Source: Bigelowiella natans CCMP2755
Lineage: Eukaryota; Protista; Cercozoa
DNA: 64,000 nt
Assembly (NCBI GenBank): GCA_000320545.1
Contig: ADNK01002770.1
Location: 5,508 to 69,507 of the forward strand
Reading direction: 5' to 3'
Part shown: positions 1-14,370 of the stretch, piece by piece
How positions within the stretch are numbered: the stretch's first letter is position 1
Layout: each line of letters starts with the position of its first letter
Translations under genes and position numbers: made by a program
Notes under the pieces: generated by a model
What the model was told of the DNA's origin: nothing
Databases searched by the model: none
The model's input: the letters and a program-made list of their open reading frames with translations, nothing else

Positions 1-282
1 ATACCATCCTCTGTTTATTTAGGGTTGTTTCGTTTATTTGAGGCCACTGCTTTGCTGTCGCTAATGCTTACCCGTGTGCCGGGGTACTTTGCCTCTTTCG
101 CCTCGACGTGGGCAGAGAGGACACGCAACACCTTGATCAAGCTCATGTCTTCCAACCCGGCAAAAACAAGGTGCATCTGAATATGATTGATAATAAAGCG
201 TCGTGTTACTGAATGCTACTATAAGAACAACAAGCTGCATACGCATACAACAACATAATAATTACGTCTAAGAATGTATATT

Positions 283-328
<46 letters not shown>

Positions 329-1983
329 GTATTTATATGCTTGATTAAATAGGAAAAAGTCCCGCAGAAATGCTTCGCACAATCGCATACGCGTCCCGAA
401 AAAAAACAAAGATCAGTTAGCCGAGCAGCCCCGACGCCCAACCCTCACCGTAACACACTTAAAACACCATCAATAACTCCCTCCTCAACCTGCCGAGTCA
501 GCTCGTCGATGTTGGCGTGCAAAAGGGACCATCCCGCACAGCTCGATGCGCTTGAGTATGCAGACTCCTACCAATTTGCAAAAACACACTAAGCAACCGA
601 AGAACTACCCGACGGCGGCGCACGCTGCACAGCATCCGCGATATTGCATTCTAGTCACCTTCGCACTCGCAGTTGTAGTAGCTGTTTTCGGGTCAGCAGT
701 TGTCACCAGACACACCAGGACCGACGATATGATCTAGATCCAAAAAAAAAAAAAATGAAAGTTTTCCCGTTGTCCGGGCGCGAGGGAGGAGGAGAAGGTT
801 GCGGGGGAAATGTGAGCGACTTCACTGCGATAACGAAGCGCGTGCTCAGCTACAAACAATGCCAAACAGAAAATGATACACATTCATTTGTATTCAACAA
901 ACGCATCTTGCGCGAACGAGCAGCTTACCTCAGAAATGCTTGATACACTGGTACTCATGCCGCTGATGCTGCTGCTGGTCCCGCCTAATTCCATGGCGTC
1001 ATCCATGCCAGCCGCCGTTGTTTTCCCCGCTCCTTTGGATACCGCCATATCTGCCAGAATCTCCTTCTTTCGAGAGTAGCTTGCGGCCAGATTGCAGAGC
1101 AGCCGGAGCAGCGTTGCAATCTGATTTAGAAGAAATGAATATATAACCCAAACGCGAAGGAAACAAATTCACTTATATTATATGACTTCCCACCGATCAT
1201 TGAATTCCCCCCCCCCCCCCCCCTTCTCAGCGTGCAATGATTCCTAAAACTAAATTGACCACGGGAAAGTGTATTATACATGGGCGATGTCTACCGGATG
1301 ATGCGGCAATTCTATTGGCTTTGTAATCAGATTCGCAGCTCCATAATGTGTATCTGCACGAAAACACAAGCACACACACAAACACGTATATCAATATAAA
1401 ATCAAAAAGTTAGAACATCGTTTCCTCAAAAAAATCTCAGCGCCCCTCCCCCCCCCCCCCTCCGCGACAACGCACCTCCTCCGCTGTTTTGGGACATTGC
1501 CGCAAAGAAATGAACGATGGCCTCTACTTCCTCCCAGAGTTGTCTCCTCTTGGCATTTGCTGCTGTTTGACTGTCCTTGCCCTTGCCGGACAGTTGTGAA
1601 ACTGGCGGAGTCGCATTCTCGCGCCAGATCAAGAAGTGCAACCTTAGGAAAACACAGGGGAGATTGAGATAGCAGACTCACCGAGGAATACACAAGCGAC
1701 GAAGGCGCAAGAACACGTAATTGGATTGAAGAAGGCGGCGGTGAATGAACAAAACTAGAATCGCACGAATGCTAATATGATAATACCATCACATCGGAAT
1801 ATATGAATTAGTACCTTCTCAAGAGGAAATCAATCGGTTGGAAAGAAAGGTTTTGCTCCTGCGGCTTGACCATGATCTTGAGCTCGTTGGGGAAGCTTTT
1901 GCTATTGAAACAACGGAGAGCCGCAGCAGCAACGAGAACGATTTCAGATTCAACCGAGATGAATATAATATATGTATATATTA

Positions 1984-2020
<37 letters not shown>

Positions 2021-2222
2021 GAAATAATCGCTTTACTTCTGCGGTTGAGGCTTGACCAATGGCGAGAGAGATCGGTCGCAGTAGAATTGGCTTTGCTTCT
2101 CATCCTCAAACGACGGGTGCAGGAGCTCCATCTTCACAATAACCATCCTACAAGAACATAGAGGGGAGGGAGGGGGGGGGAGACCAACAAAACATTCACA
2201 TAACACTTTATGGATGTGTCTA

Positions 2223-2259
<37 letters not shown>

Positions 2260-3048
2260 TAAACAATATATAAAGTATGCGGAGTGAAAAACCCCTTCTC
2301 ACCAGTCTTGCGGTCCGGCCTCGGTGCCCAGGGGGAGCGTGATGGTAACGAGAGCAGTGGATGATCTCCGTATCTGTTTCGAGGACACAAGATACTCATA
2401 TCTTGGGTCTAGCAAAGCGTCGGTATAGTTCTCCCCGTCTGTTATGCACAGCTTCCTAACATTTGGTGGTGTTTGGGCGGGTGAAAAGGAGGTGGGGGGG
2501 GAGGGGGTAATTAGGATTGGTTAAAGGCAAAAATAGTTGGAGGCATACTGGTTATATCATGTGGACGTGTATGGCCTTAAGAAGGCTGTTTTGAGGTGTA
2601 CTGCTGCTCTTTTACCTACCACTACTACTACTGCTACTACTACTCCTACTGCTACCAACTGCTACAAGCATGTCACCTATATCCGTTCTTGCTCCCCCTT
2701 CGCACGTCAGCAATTTGAACAACTAGTCGCTTTTGGCTCTGCGCCGTAGATGATAGCACTCGCCGCAGCGACCCGGGAATCGGCAGCTATGTAGCGCGAC
2801 GAAATATACCAATATGAGCGTACATGCAAAGATCGGGTAGTGGTGAGGATGCTGGTGGATTTCCCGGTTTATGTATATGTTGTGGCCTTGGAAAAAGACA
2901 CTGAAGAGGGCAGCTATTCGAGTTCATTGTTAAAGCAGTGAGGAAGATAGAACTAAGAGTAGCACGATAGAGAGAAATGCACGCTCCTACCAGTTTCACT
3001 TCGGTCTTTACGGGGATCCTATGCAATAAGAGATGTTTAGCACACACA

Positions 3049-3105
<57 letters not shown>

Positions 3106-3405
3106 GCATGCGCGCGCGCACACAAACAATATATATATACTATAGTATTTACGAAGTCGGGATTTTTGACGCGGTGTTGGGTGATTGTGCACGCGAACGT
3201 GCCAAAACACATAATTCTGCTGATTGCTAAAAACGCCGCTGGTTATTATCTGCAAGAAATCGCTGTTCTTTCTCGTTCTTACCACAGTCCCAGCCTATCC
3301 AGGTTGGCCTTCAAATACCCTCTCCCCCCACTCACGTTGACTATGCCCTGTGGAGAGTTCCGTACAAAAATCCGTGATGTCGTGTTGTGCATTGATATTG
3401 CGGGA

Positions 3406-3436
<31 letters not shown>

Positions 3437-4688
3437 GAGAGCGAGAGACAGAGAAAGGGAGAGAGAAAGAGGGAAGGAGGAATAGATTGAAGGGGACGCA
3501 TCTTTCACCCACCGCATCAACAACGACAACAAATGGAAGAGCCTTCACGTGCCTATGGACAATCTCGGAGCATTTTCTGACACAATTACGCGAAAACCAC
3601 CAAAACACCGATTTGTTGGAAGCGAAGAGGAGGTCACGGGGGGCGAGGAGGGAGGGGGGGAGGAAAAATCCAAACGGCTAATAACTATATATCAGGAACA
3701 CGCCATCGCACCTCAGCCTGGCAAGGATCTGCTCTCTATTTCGAAAGTTGATCGTCTGGTAGTTGATCGTCGGCCTCTGCCCGGTCAGCGTTGTCAGCAG
3801 ATCTAACCGCGTGAGGGGGAAGGGAGAAAAAAAAAACAATCAGAAATATGCATCCACGCGTCCCGGCCGCGACTGCGATCAAAAACGCAAGGTCGTTTCC
3901 GGTAATGACAACAGCCAAAAACGTCTGGGTAAAAACGAGTTTCTCGAAAGCGCGCGGTGATGCGCGGCAGATTTTGAGCACATACTGAGGAGCTCCGCGT
4001 TCCTGTTTGGGTAATCGTTGGCGCTCTCATAGAGCATTGGGCAGCTGGATGGATCGCAAGAAAAATCAGAAGGCAACAAAACGTACGGCATTCATCATAC
4101 GTTTCAACTCAAAGCAAAACCGGCGCTGGCATTCCAACTTACATGTCCTTCCTGTACGCGAGCATGGACGGGTCGTCTTTCGATTCAAGGAGGAGGCCTT
4201 GGCAGAGCTTCGGGTTGTCCTGGGGAGATCCGGAGAAACAGAGAAAATGCATCAGTAATGAGACAACAAGAGCGACGATTCGTGCAGGTAAAAACACCAA
4301 GAGAAAATAAAGACTACAAGAAGCGCAATCACCTAACTAAAAACCTTTAGAATGTCTATACTGTTAAAGATTTAGCGTTCTCAGACCTCCATTGCTGCAC
4401 GGAAGAGCCTGCCGATCGACCTGTAGAGGGATGAAGGGGTGGGGGTGGGGGGGGAGACAAACAAAAGAAATTACGCGAAAATGGATTTTCCAGGTGCAAA
4501 TTGACGCACATACCGATGATATACGGGGACGTTTTTGATGTAGTTGTAGAGCGGGCTATTGAAGAGAGCGGAGAGAAACTCCTGGTAGAGATTAGCAGAA
4601 AGATACCATTATGATAAATTACATATCAACACAAACACACAAACACACACACACGCATACACACACACACGCATACACACACACACAC

Positions 4689-4726
<38 letters not shown>

Positions 4727-4928
4727 TTTATATTTATATATGAATCCTATTTTAGATATACTTTTGTAATAACATCCTATGACTAGCTTTAAGAATTGCG
4801 AGGGGGAAAGGCAAACTTACTTTCGAAAGACTCTGGTACAGAATTCTGTTGGGATCAGCTGGTTTTGTTAGCAAAGAAAGGCATCGGTGATGAAGGCCCT
4901 TTGCTCTCTCTCTCTCTCTCTCTCTCTC

Positions 4929-4967
<39 letters not shown>

Positions 4968-5260
4968 GTCGGCCTCCGATAATCTCCAATACACAAGTGT
5001 TCATAAATACTTCTCACAACAACAACAATACCCTCTACCACCGGTCATTCGATTCGCTCCTCTCTCTTAGACGGTATGGCAAGGCTACAACGTTTGTGCG
5101 CCAGCCCCTCCCCCCCCTCCCCCAACCCCGAGCGTTCGCTCACATTTCCCTGTAGTCGGAATCTCCTTCATTTGGTTCAAATAGGCGCAGAGCTTGCCTG
5201 TGAGCAGGAGCAACAATCAACGTGGCGATGTATATTATACATGTATAAATATAGATATAT

Positions 5261-5301
<41 letters not shown>

Positions 5302-5784
5302 CAGCTATGTATGATGATGATGACGATTTTAAAGGACTGATAGATGGGTTAATCCACTACCAAATGGGTCGTCACGGGAGATCTGTAGGAGCATGTACAC
5401 TTTGTTCTCCAGAAACTGCTGCCTCTCCTTCGTGAAGACAGCTTGCTTTCGCGTCTGCAGACCAATGGAGAGAAATCAGGCACAGCACCGTCTCGCAAAG
5501 CACCATCATACATGCATCCTCAAAACTAACAACTACCCAACCCTCCCACAGCCCCCCCGGCCCCCGGTCTCCTCCTTCGAGCATATATGAATGAAAAAAC
5601 CTGCTTCATATCTTGGATATTGCCATAGACGAGAAATGACCCTGCGCGACGAGCAATAAGTAATCATCAGCGTTTCGTTTTAAACGATTTCTTTCAAAAA
5701 AAAACACTGACCAACCCCCGCCATACAATGACGAGGCGCGAGCTGGGGGGGGATTTAAAATATATACAATTATCAATTTATATA

Positions 5785-5823
<39 letters not shown>

Positions 5824-6033
5824 TATCTTTGTTATGAGCTAAATTACAGCATGCTTAAAAAACGAATTTTACAAAATTTTTAGATATTGCTACTGCTACT
5901 GCTCGCACGATTGATAATAAGAGTAGAAGCTCATACCAAACAGAGCAGGGGAGGCATCAGGATATAGCTTTGTGATCTAGAAACACGCAAAACAATGAGT
6001 GGCAAACAAGCAGCGAGACAGGAGTCCAAGATG

Positions 6034-6079
<46 letters not shown>

Positions 6080-6474
6080 CCCCCTCCCCTCAATATATCT
6101 CAGCTTCTTGGTTATTAATGTAGCATTTAGCCAATGAATATATTGCTTCATTGCATAAAACTGGTGAGTAGTTAAGCCTAGTACTATCCTCCTGTTGTGC
6201 GCATGTATTTTCGTGTTTGTTTGCGTATTGATCGCACGATTCTGGGATTGTTTTTTTGGTGAGGAAGGGGGACGGAGGGAGGTCTCCAACGATGATACCT
6301 TCGCCAACGCCTCCACCATATTCTTCGCCGTCTTTTCGTCGGAGTAGTATGGATGGCTATGTATGTGAGGAATGCAGAGAAGAAGAAAGATCTTGAATGC
6401 AAAGCGAATACTTATCAAGATATGCTCCTGAACCAATGCTCGTTTTGCAAAGGGCGATACAGCAATGATAGTTA

Positions 6475-6535
<61 letters not shown>

Positions 6536-6672
6536 TACACATATATAAATATATATATTATATAATATTGTTTAAGAACAAAAAATAATATTGTTTAAAT
6601 GAATTACAAAAAATATTCTACAATCCGCTGCTTCTTATGAGATAGTCATCAAGTCAGTTTATAACATATAAA

Positions 6673-6713
<41 letters not shown>

Positions 6714-6979
6714 TATAAATCATATAGTATGTATGATTGAAAATTATAATATGAATTGAAATAGATGTCGCAATTGTAAGACAAACCTATGGATGTTGTC
6801 TGTTTTGAGCTTATTCAATCTTAAAATGCCTGCAAAAGAGGAAGGGAGGGGAAAGCAGTTACGATACTATATTTTATAGAATATATATTAGTCAGAAGAA
6901 TCATATACAAGTCCGCACAAATGCATACACGCGCGCGCGCACCCACACTCTTTCTAACACGCAATAGAACATATAGAAA

Positions 6980-7020
<41 letters not shown>

Positions 7021-7787
7021 AGAGAGCGATAGAGAGAAAGAGAAAGAGAGCGGGATCGAGATTTAGAATGGGAAACTTCGCTCTTAGTGAACATCCAACA
7101 CGCAGCATCCCCTGCATCATCATGCGCATGTGCAGCACTCGTAAAACTTACAGAGAAGAAGAAACACAGCGAGATTCCTTACACGCAGCACCCCGAAACG
7201 GCCTGATGAGACACGAAAGCATATACAAAATACCAAAATATGGATATCTTATAATTTATCCCACCATCTAGCAATCTGCATACATTCTAGCCAAAAACAG
7301 CTCCCATCGCGACTATGACCAATCAGTGACAACGCCATTTTACGCAGCAGCAAACAGCACCATCTACAACGGAACCTTTGGTAGAGAGCGCGGAGGTGTC
7401 TTGCATTCCGAAGTGAATATGCTTGCAAAGATCAATCAGCTTCATCATCTGCGGTACCGATATCGCGCCATCTACACAGATGTACGGAAGAGGGGTGGGG
7501 AGGGGGGCGCGGCGTTCAGAAACCAACTCCAACTGCAAATCGGTCTTACTACCAAGTAGCAGTAACAACACACTGAACAGAATCTACACCGAGACACTCC
7601 CTGATGCAGTGCAATTACCTCTATCACCGGCGGCATCTTCGTAGTAGAACTTGAGAAACAAGATCTCGAGCAGCTGACCCTGGATATGGGGGTAAGGGGG
7701 GGGGGAGGGGGGTGAAGGGCACCGCACGCCGCCACCAATCAGCATACGTTTTGAAAGGGTGAGAAGGAACAAACATGCACGGTGACT

Positions 7788-7827
<40 letters not shown>

Positions 7828-8205
7828 CAATATTTCATCAAATGACGCTTTGAAAACAGAAGAAACCCCGTCATTACTTAAATAAAATCTTCACACCTGC
7901 ATGAGGATACGATGATCCGCCCAAGACGACGTAGCGCTGAACCTGCAGCATACCATTGCCGGCCAACCGTAGCGCCATCATAATTCAAACCAAGAACACA
8001 AAGCAGATATCAGGAAAACAGGCCTAAATCACGGGACTTGTGTTGGTTTTGCTTCGGTTGTTTGGCAGCGGTCAGAGGGGGGGGAAGATGCTCCCCGCTC
8101 TCATTTCGCACGTGATAAGACTCGCCACAAGAGGAAATAGGCATTATACAATCCTTAGAATAAAGGGTTTAAAGAAAACTGGTGCTATTACAAACTGCAC
8201 GCGCG

Positions 8206-8250
<45 letters not shown>

Positions 8251-8428
8251 ACACATAGAGGGAGAAAGAGAGCGAAGGGGAGGGAGAAAGAGAGAGATAA
8301 ATTTCATAAACGCTCACACACGAAAGAAAGCATACCCCTGGCCACTGTCATTTCCGCTGCTCGATGACAACGACTTTATCTTTGAGATAATCCTGTAAAT
8401 ATGAGACTATAAGACTCGCTGCTACAGA

Positions 8429-8469
<41 letters not shown>

Positions 8470-8592
8470 ATACAAATATTGTTTTATTAATTTCTATTAT
8501 ATAAACGCGACGTGCCATATCTACGCGCAACCTCCCTAGACACGATTTACACATATGCATTCACCAGAGCCACCACCCTCTCGATTCCATAT

Positions 8593-8624
<32 letters not shown>

Positions 8625-9395
8625 GCTACTACAGCACTTGAGGTGCATGGGCGAATTCTGGATTCTTTGCTGTGCGAAGTCTTGCATGGCCTCACGATAA
8701 GGGTGAGCGGCCATAAACTTCCATCTGGAAAAAAAAACAATATTTAATATTGGAAATATCAGAATCGCGATTGTCGCGTACAGCAAACGCATGGGGACGA
8801 AATATACCTAAAGATGTACGCAACGATCTCCAAAGTGACTCTTTGCTCCTAGAGGTTGGGGGGGGGGACAAAACAACGATAATCTACGTGTTATGACGAT
8901 TCCTTTTCTACTTCCAATTATCAATAAATATATATATATACACACACATATATTATATAAATATTCATGAAAACGGCAAGCATGGAGTGTGCAACGAATG
9001 TCCTCTCCCCCCAAAACCCCCCTCCTCAATTAAAACAAGGAAAAAAGGGACGAGACGACGTACGTGCAAAAAGGAGGCATAGAGTTCATCTAGAAGCACG
9101 CCCTGCTTTATTTTCTGATGAAGAAGAAATCGAAAACCACAACGAATCAGAGACTTCTTCGGCGTAGAAAGGAGATGAGGCTAGAGAGTTATGGCCAGAG
9201 AGTTATGGCTGGTATGGACGATGCTGAGCGAAATACGGATATAGACAGTCGCACCTTATCTATGGTCGCCTTTAGAGTCCCGTCGCCTTTGCCTGTTAGA
9301 TTTAGCTGATAAAATAACATAATGTGAGAGAAATGACTAAATCGCGGCTTGGAGAATTTCAAGGAGACTACACTGTCATTACAAAAATAAACTTG

Positions 9396-9445
<50 letters not shown>

Positions 9446-10081
9446 ATATATTTGCAAGATCTCATACACTGTGTGTGTAGGCGGTAATGATGTTAGCAGC
9501 CTGAGAAGGAATAGTCATTCGTGAGAAGAAGAAGAAGAGTCAAAACAAAATACTGGTGGCAATCAAGTGCTGTTTAAATCGGAGCTCTAGATTACCATCC
9601 CAGAGCTGATGTTGGCTCGGTTTTTAAGGGTATCGATGATCTTCTTCCACTTTGCGTTCGCTGATTGCAGCGCTTCGGCATTGTCATCCTTAGCCTCGTC
9701 CCCAAGAAGGTGTGCGAAGTAGGGCAAAACGGTTTCCCTTTTGGGTTGTTAGAACACGCAGGAAAACAGCAAAATGAGGCTGGATTTTTTATCGAAGAAT
9801 GTCAAAGCGTACACGCGTGGACGAAACTATGCAATGCGTTATCAGGTTTGCCTTTGATTGCTTGTTCTTCTAGTTGCCATTAGACAGTATCGAGTTGGTA
9901 ATATAAATACAAACACGACAAGAAAGCGCGTCGCAACCCTTGCCGCGACTAATCTAGACTTCCAAGGCAGCATAGCCCAGCATTGCTCATACCTCAACTT
10001 GCGTCCCATTGACGCAGGGTCGCATTTATTGAATTCCAGCTCCGGCCATATGGCAGATGGCATCGCAACATTACTGCTCAT
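1..10081 (-). CDS. NUP188: Nucleoporin Nup188-like protein (multi-exon; 3' end lies beyond the window start)
   Basis: GT-AG exons, most chaining in phase: MSSNVAMPSAIWPELEFNKCDPASMGRKLR|ETVLPYFAHLL (ATG 10081) ... LLDELYASFLH|EQRVTLEIVAYIFR|WKFMAAHPYREAMQDF (~8639-8724) ... SSWADHRILMQ|GQLLEILFLKFYYED (~7619-7679)|GAISVPQMMKLIDLCKHIHFG. These resemble recalled Nup188 N-terminal motifs (YYEER..L, HPYR, W....L.EQ..LLEIIFLYY, F...FG). Helical exons continue through 4560, 4150, 3750, 1600, 1000 and 700. Confidence 0.75.
287..320. repeat. (TA)n microsatellite, one of dozens of intronic TA tracts
   Basis: Direct reading of the sequence. Confidence 0.95.
3041..3104. repeat. Compound (CA)n(GA)n microsatellite in a Nup188 intron
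   Basis: Direct reading. Similar compound tracts occur near 6480, 20200, 29170, 34350 and 57315. Confidence 0.95.
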
Positions 10082-10519
10082 AATGCCAGATGAGATCAAA
10101 CAGAGGTTTGGGGTTCGGCGGTTTGGATTGGCGGCCGCCTTTAGCAGCTTCCCCCTCTCGCTCCTCGCCCTCACCCAAAAAAGTGCGCGCTGGTGTGTGG
10201 TAAAAGGAGAAGAAGACTTCGAGGCACAAGTCAAAATATCTACGATGTTTTCCGCTTGAATTAGATTCTATCTTGCCCCCTTTCTCTGAAAAGTGTACCG
10301 CGGGCCCGCAGTCACTGTTCGCGATTTGGGCGGGAATTTGCACATGCGCCCGGCAAAATCCATGAAAAAATGCCTCGACCTAACGAACGTTGGCATTTCC
10401 TTTCTCCTGCCAGCAGATTTTGTTTGCGACAGGCAAAGAAGCGAGACGCATGTGCGCGTTCCCCGACCACACTAGTCTGTTGTAACTGGATGCTCTTTTT
10501 TCTTGAATTCAGGAAAGCG

Positions 10520-11850
10520 GCATGCATTTCATGTTAAAATGATCGGGAGGATGGGCAAAGAGCCCAAAAAACGCCTGTTTGTACCAGCCGCTGGTCGACA
10601 CGATGTTGGATTCTTGGGTCGAGGAGGCACGCCTGCAGCTGCATCATTGATTTGCTAGTGTTCTCCGCGAGTACCGTGATGTGGATTAGGCCGTGCGTCC
10701 AAACACTTCTTCTTCCAACGTTTTCTTCTTCTTCTTCTTTCGCTTGACAAGTGTCTGTTGTCTTAGCCACGCTAGCACGTGGCGTGCTCAGCCACAACTG
10801 CTCAGCTGATCAGGCAGACTTGTCAATGAGACTTGTTCACTGTTTCTTTGGGAGCCCTGCAGTAGTCGCGTGTCGTTCTGTTCTACGTTTTCACCACAAC
10901 ATGGCTGTGACACTAGGAAAAAGGTTTTTTACTGGATGAATGATGTTTCTAGCAACTCCAGAACTGCGCGGACATCGTCAGGTGCAGGCGGCTGGCAATC
11001 GCCAACCTTGCTTCAAGCGATGATTCATCATCTTCTTCTTCACGCATTCGGTGACACATTTCCTTGTTTGAAAGACGCATTTTGGCCAAATGGGCAAGCA
11101 CAAAACAAATGGACGGGAAGAGCAGTGGCATTGCATTGGCATCGCACGTCGCAGCAGCCGACCAAAGCGCCAGTCCACTACTCTACTGCTGGATAGCCTG
11201 GTGACAGAGTGATCGACAGTGAATTTAAAGTGGCAGTACACCTTCAGAAGGCGTTTTTTTCAGTCAGCCGTCGCTGAATAGGTGATTTTTCAGTGGATTA
11301 TGAATTGTTCTTGTGCCGTTAGTGCACATTCTAGCGCATTGCAGATCGATGAAGAGTGACGGCCGCGTGTATTGTAGCATGAGCGCTTGGGAGTGCAGGT
11401 TGGCAAGATTATTCTGGAGCTTGTGACAGTAAATAACATTGACATAATAAGTATAAATACATTTTTGCATGCATTGCCATTCTTTGTTGTCGCGAGCGCA
11501 TGCGGGTTTATGATAGACAACGCCATGCTTTGTAGGTTGTGAGCACAAAAGAAAGTTACTGGCAAATCTACGTGCTCCAGGTCGTGCCGCACCACCACAA
11601 ACACCTGGATAGCTGTGCTGATATGTTCATTTTTATTGCGAAAATGGACTGATGATGATGATTTTTCCAACATTGCAAATTGAAACTAGACAGTTGTTGA
11701 CACGAGGTTGATCTCGTTTTCACGGTGCGCATGTAAACATTGCTGTTGCTGTTGCACATTGAATCCAGCAGTCGCATCGCATCAAACGATGCATGGTTTT
11801 CCCAACGTGTAGAATAAGGTAAATGCTCATGAACAAAACAAGCCATTTCC
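10520..11850 (-). pseudogene. Degraded intronless ORF relics (possible viral or mobile-element remnant)
   Basis: Adjacent minus-strand ORF fragments (11568-11846, 11264-11548, 10978-11241) rich in Cys/His, broken by stops and frameshifts. No microsatellites or obvious introns, and CA/TG enriched. Confidence 0.4.
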
Positions 11851-11872
11851 TTTTTAATTCTTTATTTCTCAT

Positions 11873-13504
11873 TTAACGACATTGATCTGGAGAAATTGCC
11901 ACGAAACCCACACGTTGATTGGCCCTGTCGAAAATAGTGAGGAAAGGCTGCATGAAGTTGTCTCCTAGAATCGAACCGTCGGCAACATTCCCAGAAGAAA
12001 TTCCGAGCGAATAGTACCCCTCTTTGTCACAAAGAAGTGATCCAGTCATTAAGTAGTGTTCAGGTCTTAGCTCGAGGACGACTCCGTCAGTAAACTCGAA
12101 TTGAAAAGCCGGATATGCAGCAATCTCGTCCTCAGACATTGCGACACACATCTCGGCATTGAATAGTGTTTTAGAAAGTGGTGCGTTGTGGGTCTGTGAG
12201 CAAATACCCTTCAATTTCGCGCCATTCTTGCATTTTTTGTAGAAAAAGTCTCTCAGTCCATCAAATGCTGTTCTTGGCAAGGTGATGGCTGTGCTGCCTG
12301 TTGTATTGCATTAACACTATGATCAGCTCCCATAATCAATGAAAACGGTTCATTTTGTTCAACATTTCAATATCAAATTTTACTGCAAAAAGCATGCCAT
12401 GCGTTTAAACACTGATGCGTGTCGACCTTGACACAATTAGTATGCTGATGAGTAACAATTGGTTTCTTTACCGCTGTCAACTATTGCCTCTCCGCGATTG
12501 AAGATCTCAGGAGGTACACCGATGCTCTCCCCGCCAACTTTCAGATCAAGCATTCGTACTGGATAAAAGCCTTCACTAGTTTGCTTTACCCATTTAATCT
12601 CGCCTAGATTCTCAGCAGTCTTCATTACCTCAGAGCCAAAATACATCTGCCCCCCCTTCCCATGTAGGCACATGGCAAAAATGTTATCGACGACACCGGC
12701 CGCAACCATGGATTCAAATGCCGTGGGACCTCCGCTGCTGGATTGAGAAGAGTATGCAAAACCTATAATGCCGTCGATTGTATAGGGTTGGAAGTGCTTT
12801 GACGCTTGATGGTATATTGCGCCGACAAGGGCGGGCGATTTAATACTCCCGAATGCCACGGTGTCTTGATATAAAACTCCCTTAAATCCAGACCCGTCCG
12901 CATAAGACACTGACATTCCGCACTATTTCGGAAAACACCAAAAAGTATCAGTCGAAAGCCGGGCATCATTCCTACTCTTCTTCTGCATGCAAAACACAGG
13001 ACGGACCTTAGAGCGATAATGGCACGGATGACAGCTCACGTTCAGATTGTTATTGCATGGAAGAAGCTCTGCCCCTGTTTCGTCTGGATTGTACCATGTG
13101 TCCTAGAAGAAACAGAAGATTTTGAGGGAAGTCCTTCACACATTACAGGACAATATCTGGCTTACAATGTGCTCCTCGCAGCCGCTGCAGCCTAGAGCCG
13201 GGATCCCAAGGTCGCTCGAGCCAGTATCGACTTGCACCCTAAACGGCTTTGGGTTGTTCTTCCCAACCTGGATCTCGATGAAGTACTCCCCATCCTTGAG
13301 AAAGTCGCCGCCCATTGGGACTTGAGAGGTGTTAAATGTGCTGGAGTAGTTCAATCGTCTCCTCGCCATCATCTCGCGAACCTCGGTTAGATTTCTCCTG
13401 TTGCGGATAAGCGGCATCGTGAAACCTCTGCCGCTCTCCTCGCCAGCCCTCACATGCGCGGGCCGGCAGAACCAGAGGAGAAAGAACAACGCAGCGGATT
13501 CCAT
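11873..13504 (-). CDS. Secreted pepsin-family (A1) aspartic protease, 4 exons
   Basis: Signal peptide MESAALFFLLWFC. GEYFIEIQVG..VQVDTGSSDL is the first catalytic motif, followed by flap YADGS and DGIIGFAY. AIVDSG|STAITLP is the second catalytic motif, split by an intron. ILGDNFMQPFLTIFDRANQRVGF lies near the C-terminus. Exons ~13504-13166, ~13102-13007, ~12922-12472, ~12297-11873. Confidence 0.95.
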
Positions 13505-13890
13505 CTTCGGATAACGCGGGGATTGCACAGCGGCGTTACAAACTGATTTCGAGATGAACGGGGAATCTCTGAAAGATCTCCAATAAATTAGTTTCGGGAT
13601 TCGAGATTTCCAGGAGAAAAAGAATGTGCTCTTTTGCCGCTTAGTGGAAAACGCAGGCAGGCCGGTTAAAGGAAAGGGTAGAACTTCCTCTCGTAGTTTT
13701 TTTGTTGGGGGAAATACCACTATGAATGTCCAAGTGTTACTGCAGTGGATGTTTCCGGGAGAAATTATTAGCAGGTTGAAGTATTCATTATGGTGTTCAT
13801 TTATCCGGGAAACATCTGAAATTTTTTAATCATCTTTTTCATTTTCAACTATTCCTTGCCACCTCAACCAATTTTGCCCCCTCCCCCGTC

Positions 13891-14315
13891 ATGACGAGGC
13901 GACGCGGCTCGCGCAGGAATGTTTCCTGGCGAGCGGCGAATGTGTTCATCGCCGTAATCATGGTGGTCGTCGGGAGTTGGAGCGGTAGAACCGGATGTAA
14001 AGCGAGAAGCCAAGGTGAGAGAACACGTGAATCTTTAGGCTTGCTTCGACCCTCATCACATGTAATGACTATTTGTGGCGCAAAGGACGGCTGGCGGGGC
14101 CTATCTTTAGCCTAGGGTCGAGCCTCGAGGTCCCAACTCCCCTCCCTAGTGACCATGGCTATGGGGTCTCCAAAACTGAGGCGCGGGGAGGCGGCGAAGC
14201 AAACGCTAAATCCATTCCATATCGGTGAGGATGGATTGCAAGACATTAGCCCCACATTATGGATCAATCTAAGAGGATAGGAGCATGCACACGCACCTGC
14301 ACACATACAAACACG

Positions 14316-14370
<55 letters not shown>

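Noticed and set aside
2787-3681. ORFs with ERERER, HTHTHT, SLSLSL, YIYIYI or CVCVCV runs (here and throughout)
   Set aside because: Translations of dinucleotide microsatellites in introns.
4380-5460. Exons resembling PX, RGS or ankyrin motifs (FTKERQQFLE, EFLSALFNSPLY, LFRAAMEDN)
   Set aside because: They lie within the Nup188-like exon series, and the resemblance is superficial.
13505-13720. N-terminal extension of the 194-aa protease ORF (MVFPPTKK...)
   Set aside because: The downstream ATG at 13504 begins a clear signal peptide, so the extension is probably UTR or promoter.
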